Part shown: one piece after another, positions 1-12,707 of the stretch
How the letters are laid out: each line of letters begins with the position of its first letter
Position numbering within the stretch: the first letter of the stretch is position 1
From: Octopus bimaculoides
Lineage: Eukaryota
Direction of reading: 5' to 3'
DNA length: 64,000 nt
Assembly: GCF_001194135.2 (NCBI RefSeq)
Contig: NC_069004.1
Coordinates: forward strand, 35,519,797-35,583,796
The notes under the pieces: generated by a model
The model's database searches: none
What the model saw: only the letters and a program-made list of their open reading frames with translations
Told to the model about the DNA's origin: nothing
Translations under genes and position numbers: made by a program

Positions 1-248
1 AGACACGGACCGCCAGACAGGAAGTCCCTAAGGGCCTCATCATGATCCAGTGTCCCGCCCCTCCCGAACAACTCGGCAAAGTGCTTGTAAAGTGCTTCAC
101 ACATCTTGTCCTGTCCCTTGACCGAACTCCCATTGTCATCAACAAGAGTGTACGGGCTCATCTGACAACAGTAATTCCATCACGGCCCAATGCGCGTACT
201 TTAGCCAGAACTCTGCACCCCTCATGTTTGGCTTTGAGGTGACGGTAC

Positions 249-249
<1 letters not shown>
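1..249 (-). mobile_element. L1/Tx1-like LINE ORF2 fragment (linker between endonuclease and RT), disrupted
   Basis: Minus strand reads RYRHLKAKHEGCRVLAKVRALG..., then after a stop/frameshift TLVDDNGSSVKGQDKMCEALYKHFAELFGRGGTLDHDEALRDFLSGGPCL. This is the pattern of the Tx1/L1 linker (recognition by eye). Confidence 0.55.
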
Positions 250-290
<41 letters not shown>

Positions 291-444
291 TCTTTAACAA
301 TTTTACATCTGCTGCATCAGAAATCTACAATGGCTCCAAAATTACTGTCTCAACTATAATCTTTGAGTCCTGGTAATCCATTACAGCACTCACCTAGCGA
401 AACCCCCATACTTTGTGCGTATATATATATATATATAAATAATA

Positions 445-745
445 CAAAATGGGACAAGAACGCGAAACATCCAGACAGTCAGGTGATATAAAAAAGGGAC
501 AACAAAACATCCAGATAGACGATACAAAGAAAACAAGGATGGGTCATTCGGAGTTTTCTTTCCTCAGTCGAGATCCAGATTATCCTTGCAATTTCGGCTG
601 GTTATACTCGAGATTGCTCCAATCTGGTCAGTCCCAAGGAAAAACTAAGCTAAGAGCATTAGATTCCTTGGAAGAAAGCAGCGAATGTATACAAAAACAA
701 GGACGAGAAAAGAAAACGAACAATGTTACACAAATAATTGATGTT
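445..745. repeat. Interspersed repeat fragment of unassigned family
   Basis: Complex sequence block bounded by a (TA)n run; its ORF 449-751 has no recognisable protein signal. Confidence 0.35.
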
Positions 746-2908
746 CTCTAAAGAGCAGTCAACAAACCATGAATTGGTCAACGAGAGGACACTGTCTTCC
801 CCAGTCTTTTCCCTTCAAATCAAACATGTTTACATTGTTATTTGACCCACAGCAAGGCTTTGTAATACTCAAATATATACATGCATGTGTGTGTGTGTGG
901 GTATATATACATACATATACACACAAACATTCGTTTTTATTTCTCATATACAATTTCATTGCTATAAAATTTCTTTACAGATAATTCTGATAATTTTAGA
1001 TAATTCCAGTGGTTGGTGGGAGGTGGGGGGAGTGAAGTGGAGCAGAGGGGGGTAGGAAGGGACTGGCAGGGTTTGTGAGGTGACAAGAACATAAACATTA
1101 ACAGCAACAACACTGAAATATAATAAAATTAAAGAAAAGAAAATGACCTTCCATTGTTGTTGTTGTGGTGGTGGTGGTTGTGGAAGGTTAACACTAGAAA
1201 TGTCACATTTTACATTTTATCTCTTGATGAAAGATAAGAAAAATTAAATAAATAAGAATATAAACATGAAAAAAAGAAACAATAACAAAACAGCAACAAC
1301 AAGAACAAGAACAACATTTGAATGGGTCTTGAAATTTGATTCTGTAAAATTTGAGAAAAGACTAAAACTGGGTTATGATTATTCATTTCTACTCTAGGCA
1401 CAAGGCCTGAAATTTGGGGGGAGTGGGGGAGCAGTCGATTACATCGACCCCAGTACACAACTGGTACTTAATTTATTGACCCCAAAAGATGAAAGGCAAA
1501 GTTGACCTCAGTGGAATTTGAACTCAGAACATAAAGATAGACAAAATACCGCTAAGCAAATGTTTCTGCCAACTCAATTATTGACTTTGACATTAAAACT
1601 GTGGGGGTTTCTTTTAATTTAGGGGTTTTAAAACAAGAAAATTGTAATTTTTATTTTTAAACATGTCTTTTATCTTTTACTTATTTCAGTCACTGAATTA
1701 TGGCCATACTGGGGCACCACCTTGAGGGGATCCAGTCAAGTAAACCAATCACAATACACATACAGATGTTATCTTCTTTTTAAGCCTGGTATTTACTCTA
1801 TCAGTCTCTTTTGGCAAATGTATACATGTATGTATGTATGTATGTATGTATGTAATGGATAAATTGTACAAAATGTATAAATGGATGATGAGTAAAGCAG
1901 TTTCGTTTCCCTGTTGTTATCCGTAGATTTACAGCAGGAACTTCGTAGTGGCGGTTGGGGTAACTATTAATAAAATAGGAGATGGAATGTCTAATAGACT
2001 CTATTGGGTACAATACATGTTTCAATCCGTTCTGGGTCTCTTCAGGTACATCAATAAAAAGTCTCACTAGAGATTTTGGGGATTGGCTTACACACCGCTA
2101 TATGTCCATCAAATTCGAAATTGAGTATATATGTATTTATATATACTTACACACACACATATATGTACATAGACATACATACATATACATACACACATGC
2201 ACATATATATGTGTGTCTGTGTGTGTGTAAAGAGAGAGAGAGAGAGAGAGCAAATCTTGAGGCTCCTGGTTGTCTGAAGATTATGCAGTCTGTCTGATAA
2301 GACATTCTAAAACAAACAAAAGATATTTTTAAGGGACATCTCAATTCAATCCAGACATTCCTTCTGACCGCTCCACCCACCTCCAACCCATGATCACTTT
2401 ATCCTGAATTACAAAGACCCATATTTCTCCACACAAACCCTTACGTCCCTCACTTGTGCTTTCTTCTTTTTATCTCCCCTCAACCTTTCTATTCTATCAG
2501 TTATCAAAAAAACACACAAAGATAAAAAAAATAATAATTTAAGTTTAAAATGATTTGTTGATAAAGTTCTCTGAGAACACATTAAAAAAATTATGTTAAT
2601 CTTGCGGGTGTGTCAAACTGTCACAATGCTTTATTATCTAACACACTTCAACCATGACCTTTGACACCATGACATGCTGCTTGACAAGAAGACCCACTAA
2701 CCCAAGCAAAATCACAGTTGTGGCAGATACTGGTGTCACGCAAATGGCACCCATGCCGGTGGCATGTAAAAGCACCCGTTATACTCTTGGAGTGGTTGGT
2801 GTTAGGAAGGGCACCCAGCTGTAGAAACCATGCCAAATCAGACTGGATCCTGACGCAGCCTTCCAGCTTACCGGCCAGTATGGACAACGGTCATTAAATT
2901 ATGATGAT

Positions 2909-3098
2909 CACACTCACCGGTTCCATTTCCACTCATTTATAATTTATAATTTTTCTTCCAAGATTTTCGTAGCTTTTACAAACTTACCAATGGATGTTGA
3001 GAGTCGACATCCAATGACAAAGCTGCAAAAGCAATGAAAATCTTGGAAGAAAAGCAATATAAATAAATAAATGAGTGGAAATTGGACCAGTGAGTGTG
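2909..3098. mobile_element. Palindromic fold-back element / MITE (about 190 bp)
   Basis: Left arm CACACTCACCGGTTCCATTTCCACTCATTTAT...GGATGTTGA pairs with the right arm at roughly 80 percent around a 3-nt GAG loop. Confidence 0.8.
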
Positions 3099-4247
3099 TT
3101 TGATAATAAGGCATTAAGACAATATGACCCTATTATTTACTAATAAATAGTAAATAATATATATATATATACATGCATATATGGGAACAGGACATCACCA
3201 ACGGTCAAATAACATGAAATACATAAACAAACAGGTTAATTTTTCTCAGTTTAATAAAATAAATTTGCTAAATTACGAATTACTACTTCCCGTATCCCTT
3301 AATTCTAATTCCCACCCTTAAAGCTTATATTTCTTATCTCTTTTGTTCTTCATTATATTCCCCCTTTATTTGATAATCTAAATAAGTATTGGCCACCCCT
3401 ATCCTTCCTTCTTCTAGTTACTATCTCTTCCCCCATCAATCCTTCTCTTACTAGCAGCTCTGTGACATATCCTTTTATGTAGATAAAGCTAGATATTTGG
3501 TTCCAGTACAACAAGAGTGTGGGAGATTGCCTGACATTAATTGATTTATCACCAACAATTAGATAGAATACAACTGCCAATGGATTTAATTCGAAATGAT
3601 TGAAGACTACATGCAGCATAAAATCTTCTGAACATAAATAACTACGACACCACACCTATAACTTGACCCCATCCTCCACTATTTTCCTCTGCTACTCTCT
3701 AAATTATCGTAGGCTTAGTAAGATCTGCATGATTTTCTGAAATCATTCTTCCATAGATATAACATAAGGAAACAATTATTATTGATGTAAATTTGTTAAA
3801 AATGGTTTACCTTTTGTGTACGAAATCTATACGATCATCAACATCTGAAGAGAGCAGCGTCTTCCAAATTGATGTAATGTCTTCGCTGATCAATTAAATG
3901 GAGCCACTTGAAACAGCCGTAGTGTATTGACACCTGTACATCCTTGTTACTCATTTACATTCTGTTCACCTCCTTTGGAGTTGTGCAGACTATACCAAAC
4001 TGGCAAGGTGCCTCAGTTTAAGCACCTTGTTCAACTGAATCTTAATTATATATATATATACATATATATATATGTATATAACTAATTTAGAGATGAACCA
4101 CCACTCTACAACTCAGTCAATTCAGAACCCGTCCAAATCCATGCTGTGAGGCATATACCATATTAATATCTATCTAAGATTTCTGGCTACAGTGAAAGAC
4201 AGAAATCAATGAAAGAATAAAAGACTGTAATATATGTATCATTTCTT

Positions 4248-4291
<44 letters not shown>

Positions 4292-7200
4292 CTTTAAGAT
4301 TTATTTCCAAAGATAAACTATAAAACGTTTCTGAAAGAGATATTGTAAACAGAAAAACACTTGTACCAAAGAGGAGAGAAAAACAACAAAAAAAGAAAGA
4401 TTTAGATTTTCTTTACAAATAAAAAAAGCAAAACAAACAAACAAACAAGCAAGGACGTGTGTTTTCTGAGATGTTTTCCAAAGTGCAGTGGTTCTTTTAA
4501 AGTTGTGTTTCTTCCCCAAACACACCAAAGTATGTGGAATATAAACCTGTCCAGTGTCGGTTCCACCCACACACACACACAGACTTTCTATTATAAAAGA
4601 GAGAGAAAAGGAAACAGCCCTAATTTGGGGACAAGACTTGAAATTTGGGAGGAAGGTGTAACTGACCCCATATTTTATTTTAACCCCAACAAGATGAAAG
4701 ACAAAGTTGACTTTGGCAGGATTTGAACTCAAAAACATACATAACCAGAATCCCCTATGGCACTTTCCGAACACTAAATCGTTCTGCCAATCTATTATAT
4801 TCTTTCCCATTTTGGCACCTGACCAGCAAATTTCAGTAGGGATGGGCATGTCGATTACACTGACCCCAGGTACTTGGCTTGGACTTCATTTTGTTGACCC
4901 CCGCAAAAGGATGAAAAGCAAATCAGCTTTGGCTACATTTGAACTCAGGATGTAAGGCCAGAACAGAAACCCAATTTGAGTTTGGGGGCAAATGGCTGAA
5001 TGGTGAGGCTGTGGCACTCCGAATCATGAGATCGTGGTTTCAATTCCTAGGCTGGATGGTGCATTGTGTTCTTGAGCAAAACCCTTCATCTCACTTTGAC
5101 ACCTGATCAGTGGAACACTGTGCACCTGTTTATGCAATGCCGGTTTCATGGAGGAAATGCGTTAATGTACAACACAAACATTTGATCTCTTAGAAACAAA
5201 TTGTTTTGTGTCAGGTCGCTCAGCAAGAAATTGCAAAATCAATTTTCTCAGACTACGAGAGGAGGCTATTATGATGTAACTTTAAAGGTGTTTATTTCAA
5301 ATGGTGACAGGGAAAAGTCCTTAAACCCCTTCTTTGCCATAGGTGGTGCCACCAAAAATATCATTGTGTAGTAGACCTGGAGGTGGGGTGGAATGTGTGA
5401 TCAGGAAAGCAACCACCCTACCAACAAACACCAATCCCTCACAGATACATCAACAAACATAAAAATCTAAAAAAAAAAAACAAAGTAGAAAATAACGAAT
5501 CAGCCTTAATAAATTACGGGTATGTCAGGTTGTTCCAGAGGTATGCATGAGGTACCCTGAATTAACCCACCCGATCCACCCCTATTTCAAAGTTATCGCC
5601 TTATTGTTGTTTCAGTAGCTCAATATTGTTATTGCTATTCTTATTAATTATCAACTTAATTAAAAGCAATCAAAATTGGTTCAAAATTGTTAAAATGTCA
5701 GAAGAAATAGTTTACAGAATTTATTTCCAATCTTTACCTGTAATCTTCTGTTATCCTCAAATTCCGCCAAGGTTGACTTTGCCTTTCAATCTTCCAGGGG
5801 TCATTCAAAATAAGGACCAGTCGAGCACATTGGCATTGTTGGAATCGACTAAACTTCTCCCCTCCCATAATTGCTGGCCGGGTGCCAAAATTATTATTAC
5901 CAATATTTCTGTCTTTGTCACCAAAACCTGATATCATTGCGGTATTGAGATTGTTGCAATCACTGTTTAGCCCTAGGTTAACCCTGACCGAGCAGACTAC
6001 CTTCGGTTGGAGGCTATCTAGCCATGACCATCCCATCATCTACATATCTAAGAATAAATTATCCAATGACTTTGTCCCATCTATAGGAATTTCAGGGAGA
6101 TTTGGCTGCTATTTCTAACAGGCTGACTGACTAGAGGGTTATGAGACAGGTTGTTTAACCATAGGTCACCTTTGACGAAGTGGCACTATGATCAAAGGGA
6201 CTAAAACAAGGACCTTTTCTTTATAGATAAAGCATGGAGGGAAGGAAGCCCTCAATCAGGCTGCCAGGAAGACAGATTACAGTTTAAGTTGGCCATACTT
6301 CTTTTTTTTTCTTTTTGGAAGCAGGAATAACATCAGTAAATCACATTCTAATTAATATTGATTAATTACTGATGTTAATTGAAGGCAATCCACCAACTTT
6401 ATCTGTCGATGGAGAGAAGAAAGGAGATATTTGTCCACCTCTGTTGTGGCTATTTGAAAACCCATCAAAGAAGTGGCTAAAATTTGGATTGTTTTACCAA
6501 ATATTATAAACTGTTATGGAGTGAAAGCTTAGACAAGACATAGATTTATGTATATATGTATATATATGTGCAAGTGTGTGTGTGTGTCTGTTCGTCTTGA
6601 CACTGTGTTGTAGTTGTAAAGAAGTGTCACTGTTCTACAAGCAGTGTCATTTATTCGCATTATTCTACATAAACATGTCCCAATTTAGGATTTAAAAAAA
6701 AAACCTACCTTGCCTGGAAATGGGTGAGGGTTAGCAACAGGAAGGGCATCCAGCCCTAGGAAATTTATCTCAATAAATTCTGCCTGACCCATGCAAGCAC
6801 GGAAGAGATGTTACAATGATGGTGAGAGAATGATGATGAAAGTATACGCATATTATTTTGTTAAGTTTATGTCTACAGATATTCTATAGAAAATCTGTGG
6901 AGATAACCTTAACAGGTGATGTAGTAGCATTGCTAACACAGGAGAACAAGGCATTGACTCATAAAAACATTTAATATATTTCATAGTATATTATAGGTGG
7001 CATAACGGAATACCACGTACCTACGAATCATGTGTATATCTACAGATACACATACACACAAATCAACATTCTTGCACATTGATATATTGTATTTGTACGA
7101 GCATGTGTATGTGTGTGTGTGTGTATACGTATATGTGAATGTTATACACACACACACACATAACTGTCAAATGAAAGGTATTATATTAAAGCTAATTTAA

Positions 7201-8479
7201 ACACTTTAATTAAAACAATTTACAAAGTCAAACATCTATTGTACATGGGAAGACTCAATACCGAATGCAGAGTCAAATTTATGAAATTCACTTCTGGCTG
7301 GGACTTTGAAGTTTTACCTGTCAGTTTAGACAACCGATTTGGTTGAATAAGCCATCATGTGGAACTTAAAGTCTCAGCTAATATATATTAATGTACATAT
7401 ATACTATCTTAATAATTGTATATATATATATACATATATATATATGTGATACATGTACATATACATATAAGTTCATTTCCAATCCATTTTTCCATGCTAA
7501 AATAGTTAGATGAATACACATGACAGAGGAAGCAATTTACAGCCAGGTGCCATTTCTGTCACTAACCCATACCTGTTTTTCAAGTAAAGGATATTCTTAT
7601 TCCCTCATCTTTTAAAGTACAGAGCTGGGGGCACAATTTTATTAACAGGGATAACAGCAAACTTCACTCTTTGTAGCTCAGTACTGTTTCACACAAAGTC
7701 CACAACATAAATATCTGCATACACACACACACACACGTGTACCATAAACCCAAGTTTATATTCTGGCATTCTCCTACAGATACAGGAGTAAGCAGAACAA
7801 GTATTTATACCAGGAATTCAAATACAACCTCCCCTAGATAGATAGTAGAGCATGACGTTATGGTAGGCTTATTGGACAAATGTACTATTATTGTTATTGT
7901 TGTAGACAGTTTAATCCCAGGTCGATGTAGAACAGAGCAGACCAGACCCCCTTCAGATCAAAGACATTCCAGTTTTGACCATCCAGTAATATATAACACC
8001 ATGTGGCAGTCCTTATATTTGTGACAAACAGTAAAGTGTAAGCTGATGATGGAGATCTGGCTGCTATTTCTAGTATATCAAACAACCACATAGAGACTTG
8101 CTACAGTTTCAATATTGAATGATAGAACAATGCTGTACCAGAAGCTGTTGGAGTAGTTTAGCCCAAGGTCAGACGCAATCAGGCAGACCAATCACCAAAA
8201 TGTCTCAACCATGAATCATAATAGCTAATGTGATTCATTAAAAATTTGGTTGCTATTTCTAGCAGGTTGAGGACCGTGCAAAGGCTTCCTCCTTGATTGT
8301 TGATTTCATTTTTCGTTCAAAGGAAATATTCAACTGATAGAAGAAATACATAATTTTCTGAACCAATGGGTGTGTATGTCAGTTAGCGTGTTGATCAAAG
8401 CACGTTTCACAGTGTTGGGCTACCTGGTGTCATCCACGGCTGGAGGACATTTCCACTGGATCCACTTCAAGAATTCCAC

Positions 8480-8764
8480 AATAATAACTGATGAAGGAAA
8501 CAGAAGATGGATTTGGTACCAGTCTATTCAGTACGACGATGGCTTCAACTCGTCCCGAAACTCTCCTTTATGGGCAGCATTTTGTGCATCTAGCAGTGTT
8601 GCATCACAGACTGATGTGACACAAACTGCACAGGTTGATGCAACACAATTAGATGCACAAAATCCTGCCCACAACGGACAGTTTCGGGAAGAGTTGAAAC
8701 CATTGCCATACTGAATACAGACTAATGCCAAATCTATCTTCTGTTTCTTTCATCAATTATTATT
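8480..8764. mobile_element. Palindromic fold-back element / MITE (about 285 bp)
   Basis: Arms 8480-8606 and 8636-8764 are reverse complements at roughly 85 percent, with a 29-nt loop. Confidence 0.85.
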
Positions 8765-9536
8765 ATTATTATTATTGGTAATTATGACACAACCTCTGGA
8801 AGAGGAAAGAATTTCAATAAACCAAAAATTTACCTTATATGGTATGTCATGTATACCTCTATACACATACACTTATGTCTGTGTGTAGATCTACATCCAC
8901 GCAGCAAAAGGAAAGAGATGTTGGTGAACAAAGACCAGAGACGGAAAGAACTGACTGGTGTACAGGCAGAATGGTCATGGCTGGAATGTCTTAGTACTTA
9001 GGTCTGCTCGTTTATGGTTCTGCTGAACAGGGCATAACAACAACAACAGCACTACCACCAGTTCTTGGTTCTCTTTATTAGAGAATTCTCTGTTGCAAGT
9101 ATTTGAACCAGGGTTCCAGTTTGAGAAAAAAAAAACCCTCTTGTGTCCTTGTTTCACCCTTCTTATCATCATCATCATCATCATCACCACCTGTCTTTGA
9201 AGTGCTGCAATATTGATGAGTTGGATGGTGACCTCTCTCTCTGTTGGATGACCTTTAATAAACCTAACAAGGACAGCAACCACCTCCACAGGTACTCGTA
9301 CCACAAGCATTAGTGCTTGTGTTGTACCTCAGGCTTTAGTTCCACCACCAGCATCACTCCCACCCATCACTGATGGCTGACTCCCAGTCACTCCCCACCA
9401 CTTTCACCAACACCCCTAACCATCATCAACAGACGATTTCCCCTACCCCCCACCCATGCCACTGCAACACAATTCACTTCCACCCCCCACCCCCAGCTTT
9501 AGTTTTCCTCTTGATCCTTCCATCTCAGAATACCCA

Positions 9537-10031
9537 NNNNNNNNNNNNNNNNNNNNNNNNNNNNNNNNNNNNNNNNNNNNNNNNNNNNNNNNNNNNNNNN
9601 NNNNNNNNNNNNNNNNNNNNNNNNNNNNNNNNNNNNNNNNNNNNNNNNNNNNNNNNNNNNNNNNNNNNNNNNNNNNNNNNNNNNNNNNNNNNNNNNNNNN
9701 NNNNNNNNNNNNNNNNNNNNNNNNNNNNNNNNNNNNNNNNNNNNNNNNNNNNNNNNNNNNNNNNNNNNNNNNNNNNNNNNNNNNNNNNNNNNNNNNNNNN
9801 NNNNNNNNNNNNNNNNNNNNNNNNNNNNNNNNNNNNNNNNNNNNNNNNNNNNNNNNNNNNNNNNNNNNNNNNNNNNNNNNNNNNNNNNNNNNNNNNNNNN
9901 NNNNNNNNNNNNNNNNNNNNNNNNNNNNNNNNNNNNNNNNNNNNNNNNNNNNNNNNNNNNNNNNNNNNNNNNNNNNNNNNNNNNNNNNNNNNNNNNNNNN
10001 NNNNNNNNNNNNNNNNNNNNNNNNNNNNNNN
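9537..10031. other. Assembly gap (N run); others at 15963-15992, 17881-17908, 24312-24401, 30998-31007, 42884-43594
   Basis: Runs of n, mostly abutting microsatellites or homopolymers. Confidence 1.
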
Positions 10032-10089
<58 letters not shown>

Positions 10090-10107
10090 GGTTTAACTCT
10101 TCACCAC

Positions 10108-10719
10108 TTAAAACCCTTCAGCATTCAGATTCCTTTGTCAAATGTAAGATGCTCATTTATCCCTCATTGTTTTGAATTAATCAGGCATTATCTTGTAGCT
10201 TCAAGATTTCAATGGTGTGTTTGTATATTTTTAGAATGACATTGTAGGGTAAGTGTGAGCAGTTGGATCTGGGCAGTTTGAACATAAAAACAGTTAGAAT
10301 ATTTTGGGCCAGATTAAATGCTAAAGGATTAAACCAGTGACATATGTGGCCCAAATATTTAACCTGTTTTTGTGTTCAAACTGGCCCAGATCCAGCCTCT
10401 CACACCTACCCTACAATATCATTCAAAAACTAAATCGCATCATCGAAATCTATGATTAATTAAAAACAATGTGAATAAATAAGGATTACATTTGACTAAT
10501 CAGAATGCTAACAGTTAACATTTAATGTATCCAGGTTAGGCTCAAATATTTGGCCAGTTTTATGTCCAAACTGGCCAGAGCTGACCTCTCACACCTATCC
10601 TACAATGTCATTCTAAAAATAAACAGTTGCCTCATCAAAATCTCAAATCTATAAGATAATGCATCATTAATTAAATAAGCATTACATTTGACCGAGTAAT
10701 CAGAATGCTACAGGATTAA
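10108..10719. mobile_element. Cluster of three piggyBac-like MITE copies (one plus, two minus)
   Basis: Copy A 10108-10332 runs TTAA..CCCTTCAGCATTC...AATGCTAAAGGATTAA. Copies B (about 10345-10518) and C (about 10520-10719) are its reverse complement and end in GAATGCTA..TTAA. TTAA plus CCCTT-type ends are the piggyBac signature. Confidence 0.7.
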
Positions 10720-12583
10720 ACAACATGAAGAATAGAAAAGAACAGACCCAGTCATCAAAATACTGAATATGGGTGTGGAGGGATCAGGGAATTTGCTTAC
10801 GGTATGTCCCATTCTGTGGAACTGTGAACAAGTTTTTTTCTTCAATAGCCTTGTATGGAACTCACCATCATCATCATCGTTTAACATCTGCTTGTCCGAA
10901 ACACACACACAAATAAAATTCAATACATTACTTCACAGTTAAGGGTTGTAAAGAGACTTCGTTTATTCTGGAGTATAAACTCAATCTATAAACAGAAAGG
11001 GGGGGAAACTCTACAACTCAACGCATATCATTGAGTTAATTCAGTTGAAGCGGACGTAATTAGAAGAAACGTCAATTCTGACCAGACGCATTTTCAAGGG
11101 AGATAACTTCTACCAGGTTCTACTATCCCAGTTTATTTCCTTACAAACCTCCTCAGTTTTTCTTCTGTTGTACCCCTTCATCACATCCTACAAGCGTTTG
11201 CTTTCATGAAGTCCAACAGTCTTTGTGTACCCCGTGTGAAGAATATAGTGTAAGATGGTAGGTTTCCACAGAACAAACAATAGACACGAATTTTTTGTAA
11301 TTAATTTCATTTAAAGTTTCAAAATCTCACCAAGACCAATTGTGCTTTCGTCCCCCCTGAGACCTATAAGAATCAGGTACCAGTTACATACTGAGTCGAT
11401 ATCTCAATTGTTCCCTCTCGCAAAATTTCTGGTAATGTGTTTATGCAATAAATTAATTAAATTTCGTTTCCTGTTATTTTAATGAGACGAATGAGCTAGG
11501 CATTTTCTAACCATGAACTCGATTCTAGACACAGTTTTGGAGATAGACACATCCACATATTATTCATAACTGAAAGACTTGAACGAATTTTGTGTCTGGC
11601 GATAAAAACTGCCGAAATCCCTTGTTCACACCAATACGGGAATTGAAACCGCAAAACGACTCTCCACGCATTTTTGAGACACAGTTGCTGCATTAAGTTC
11701 ATGGTGTTTACTTTTAAATCCCGGAAGATTTTTTCGAAATGTCACATATCCTCGCATTTTGTATTCCGTTCCCCAGTTTGAGAATCCCTAGCTTACCATC
11801 AGGCGAAAAGAGGAAGAAAAAACTCAAAACACCGAGAATTCCAACATTGTCCCGATGTTTGAGTGTTAGGCTCAAACTCAGTAACTCAGTACTACCACAG
11901 GATATTTAATTCATTGCTCTGCCCATTCTACCAATCAGCCAGTTGGCCACAAGGGCCGCAATAATAAACATCTGGGACAATACAAAAACAAAGGCTAGAG
12001 GGGGTTTACATACACATGTGTAGACAATAACAATTAGAAAGAAAATTGCTAAGAACATTATATAATAGATAAAGTAGCTGACAGTACGACCCAGGGACCA
12101 AGGAATACCACTGACCACTAAAGACATCAGAATAAAGCACCTGTCTCCCGTCTGTTCTCTCCATCCTGTGCCATCTTAGAGAAGGCCTACACATCTGAGC
12201 CACCCTCATCACATTCACCCACCTTTCAACAAATTCACTGAGGTGGAAAGAGCTCACACCAACCACACCAACCTCACTTTAATAATAAAAATGGACTTTT
12301 TTATCGACCCCAAAAGGATGAAAGGTAAAACCGACCTTGGTGAAATCTGAACACTGAATGTACAGATGGATAAAATACTGTTAAGCATTTTGCCCGGTGT
12401 CCTAACGATTCTGCCAGCCCACTGCCTTAATAATAATAATAATAATAATAATAATTGTTACCAATTCTAAGGTATGTACAACATTCCAAATATTTGTGGG
12501 AAGAAGGGAGATGGAAGGGCAACTATCTATTTGGGGCTTAACAGCAGCAGCAGCAAGAAGAAGAAATATTTAGGGCTTCTTAC

Positions 12584-12707
12584 ATGTCTTTCGCTTTAAA
12601 TTGGTTGTACATCCATGTTTTAAAAGAGTCTTCTGAGCGAGGAATATCCTCAATGTTGATTCTATTGATGTGAATGTGAACTTCTGGTTTCTTCTCTGAT
12701 AAAAAAT
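12584..12707 (-). CDS. AGPAT5: AGPAT5 coding exon 7 (124 nt)
   Basis: Acceptor ATATTGCAG; (N)[40 protein letters not shown]; donor AT|GTAAG. Resembles human FLCKECPKIHIHIDRIDKKDVP...KD as recalled. Confidence 0.93.

Noticed and set aside
8370-8731. Similar peptides encoded on opposite strands (QYDDGFNSSRNSPLWAAFCAS versus QYGNGFNSSRNCPLWAGFCAS)
   Set aside because: A direct consequence of the DNA palindrome at 8480-8764; no splice or homology support.
9190-9262. AG...GT-bounded segment ending AAAGACAG|GT as candidate AGPAT5 exon
   Set aside because: Translation does not match, and the true KD-ending exon was found at 12584-12707. Other candidates near 3353-3655, 6860-7000 and 10708-10923 also failed.
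9373-10239. Long ORFs spanning N runs (also 42663-43670, 15760-16200, 24289-24519)
   Set aside because: Artefacts of translating through assembly gaps and flanking microsatellites.
11280-11830. Complex, coding-looking sequence with short open frames
   Set aside because: No recognisable motif or splice pattern in any frame; probably an old transposon remnant, left uncalled.
11906-12266. Two overlapping hydrophobic minus-strand ORFs as candidate AGPAT5 last exon
   Set aside because: No resemblance to the AGPAT5 C-terminus; hydrophobicity is explained by T-rich composition.
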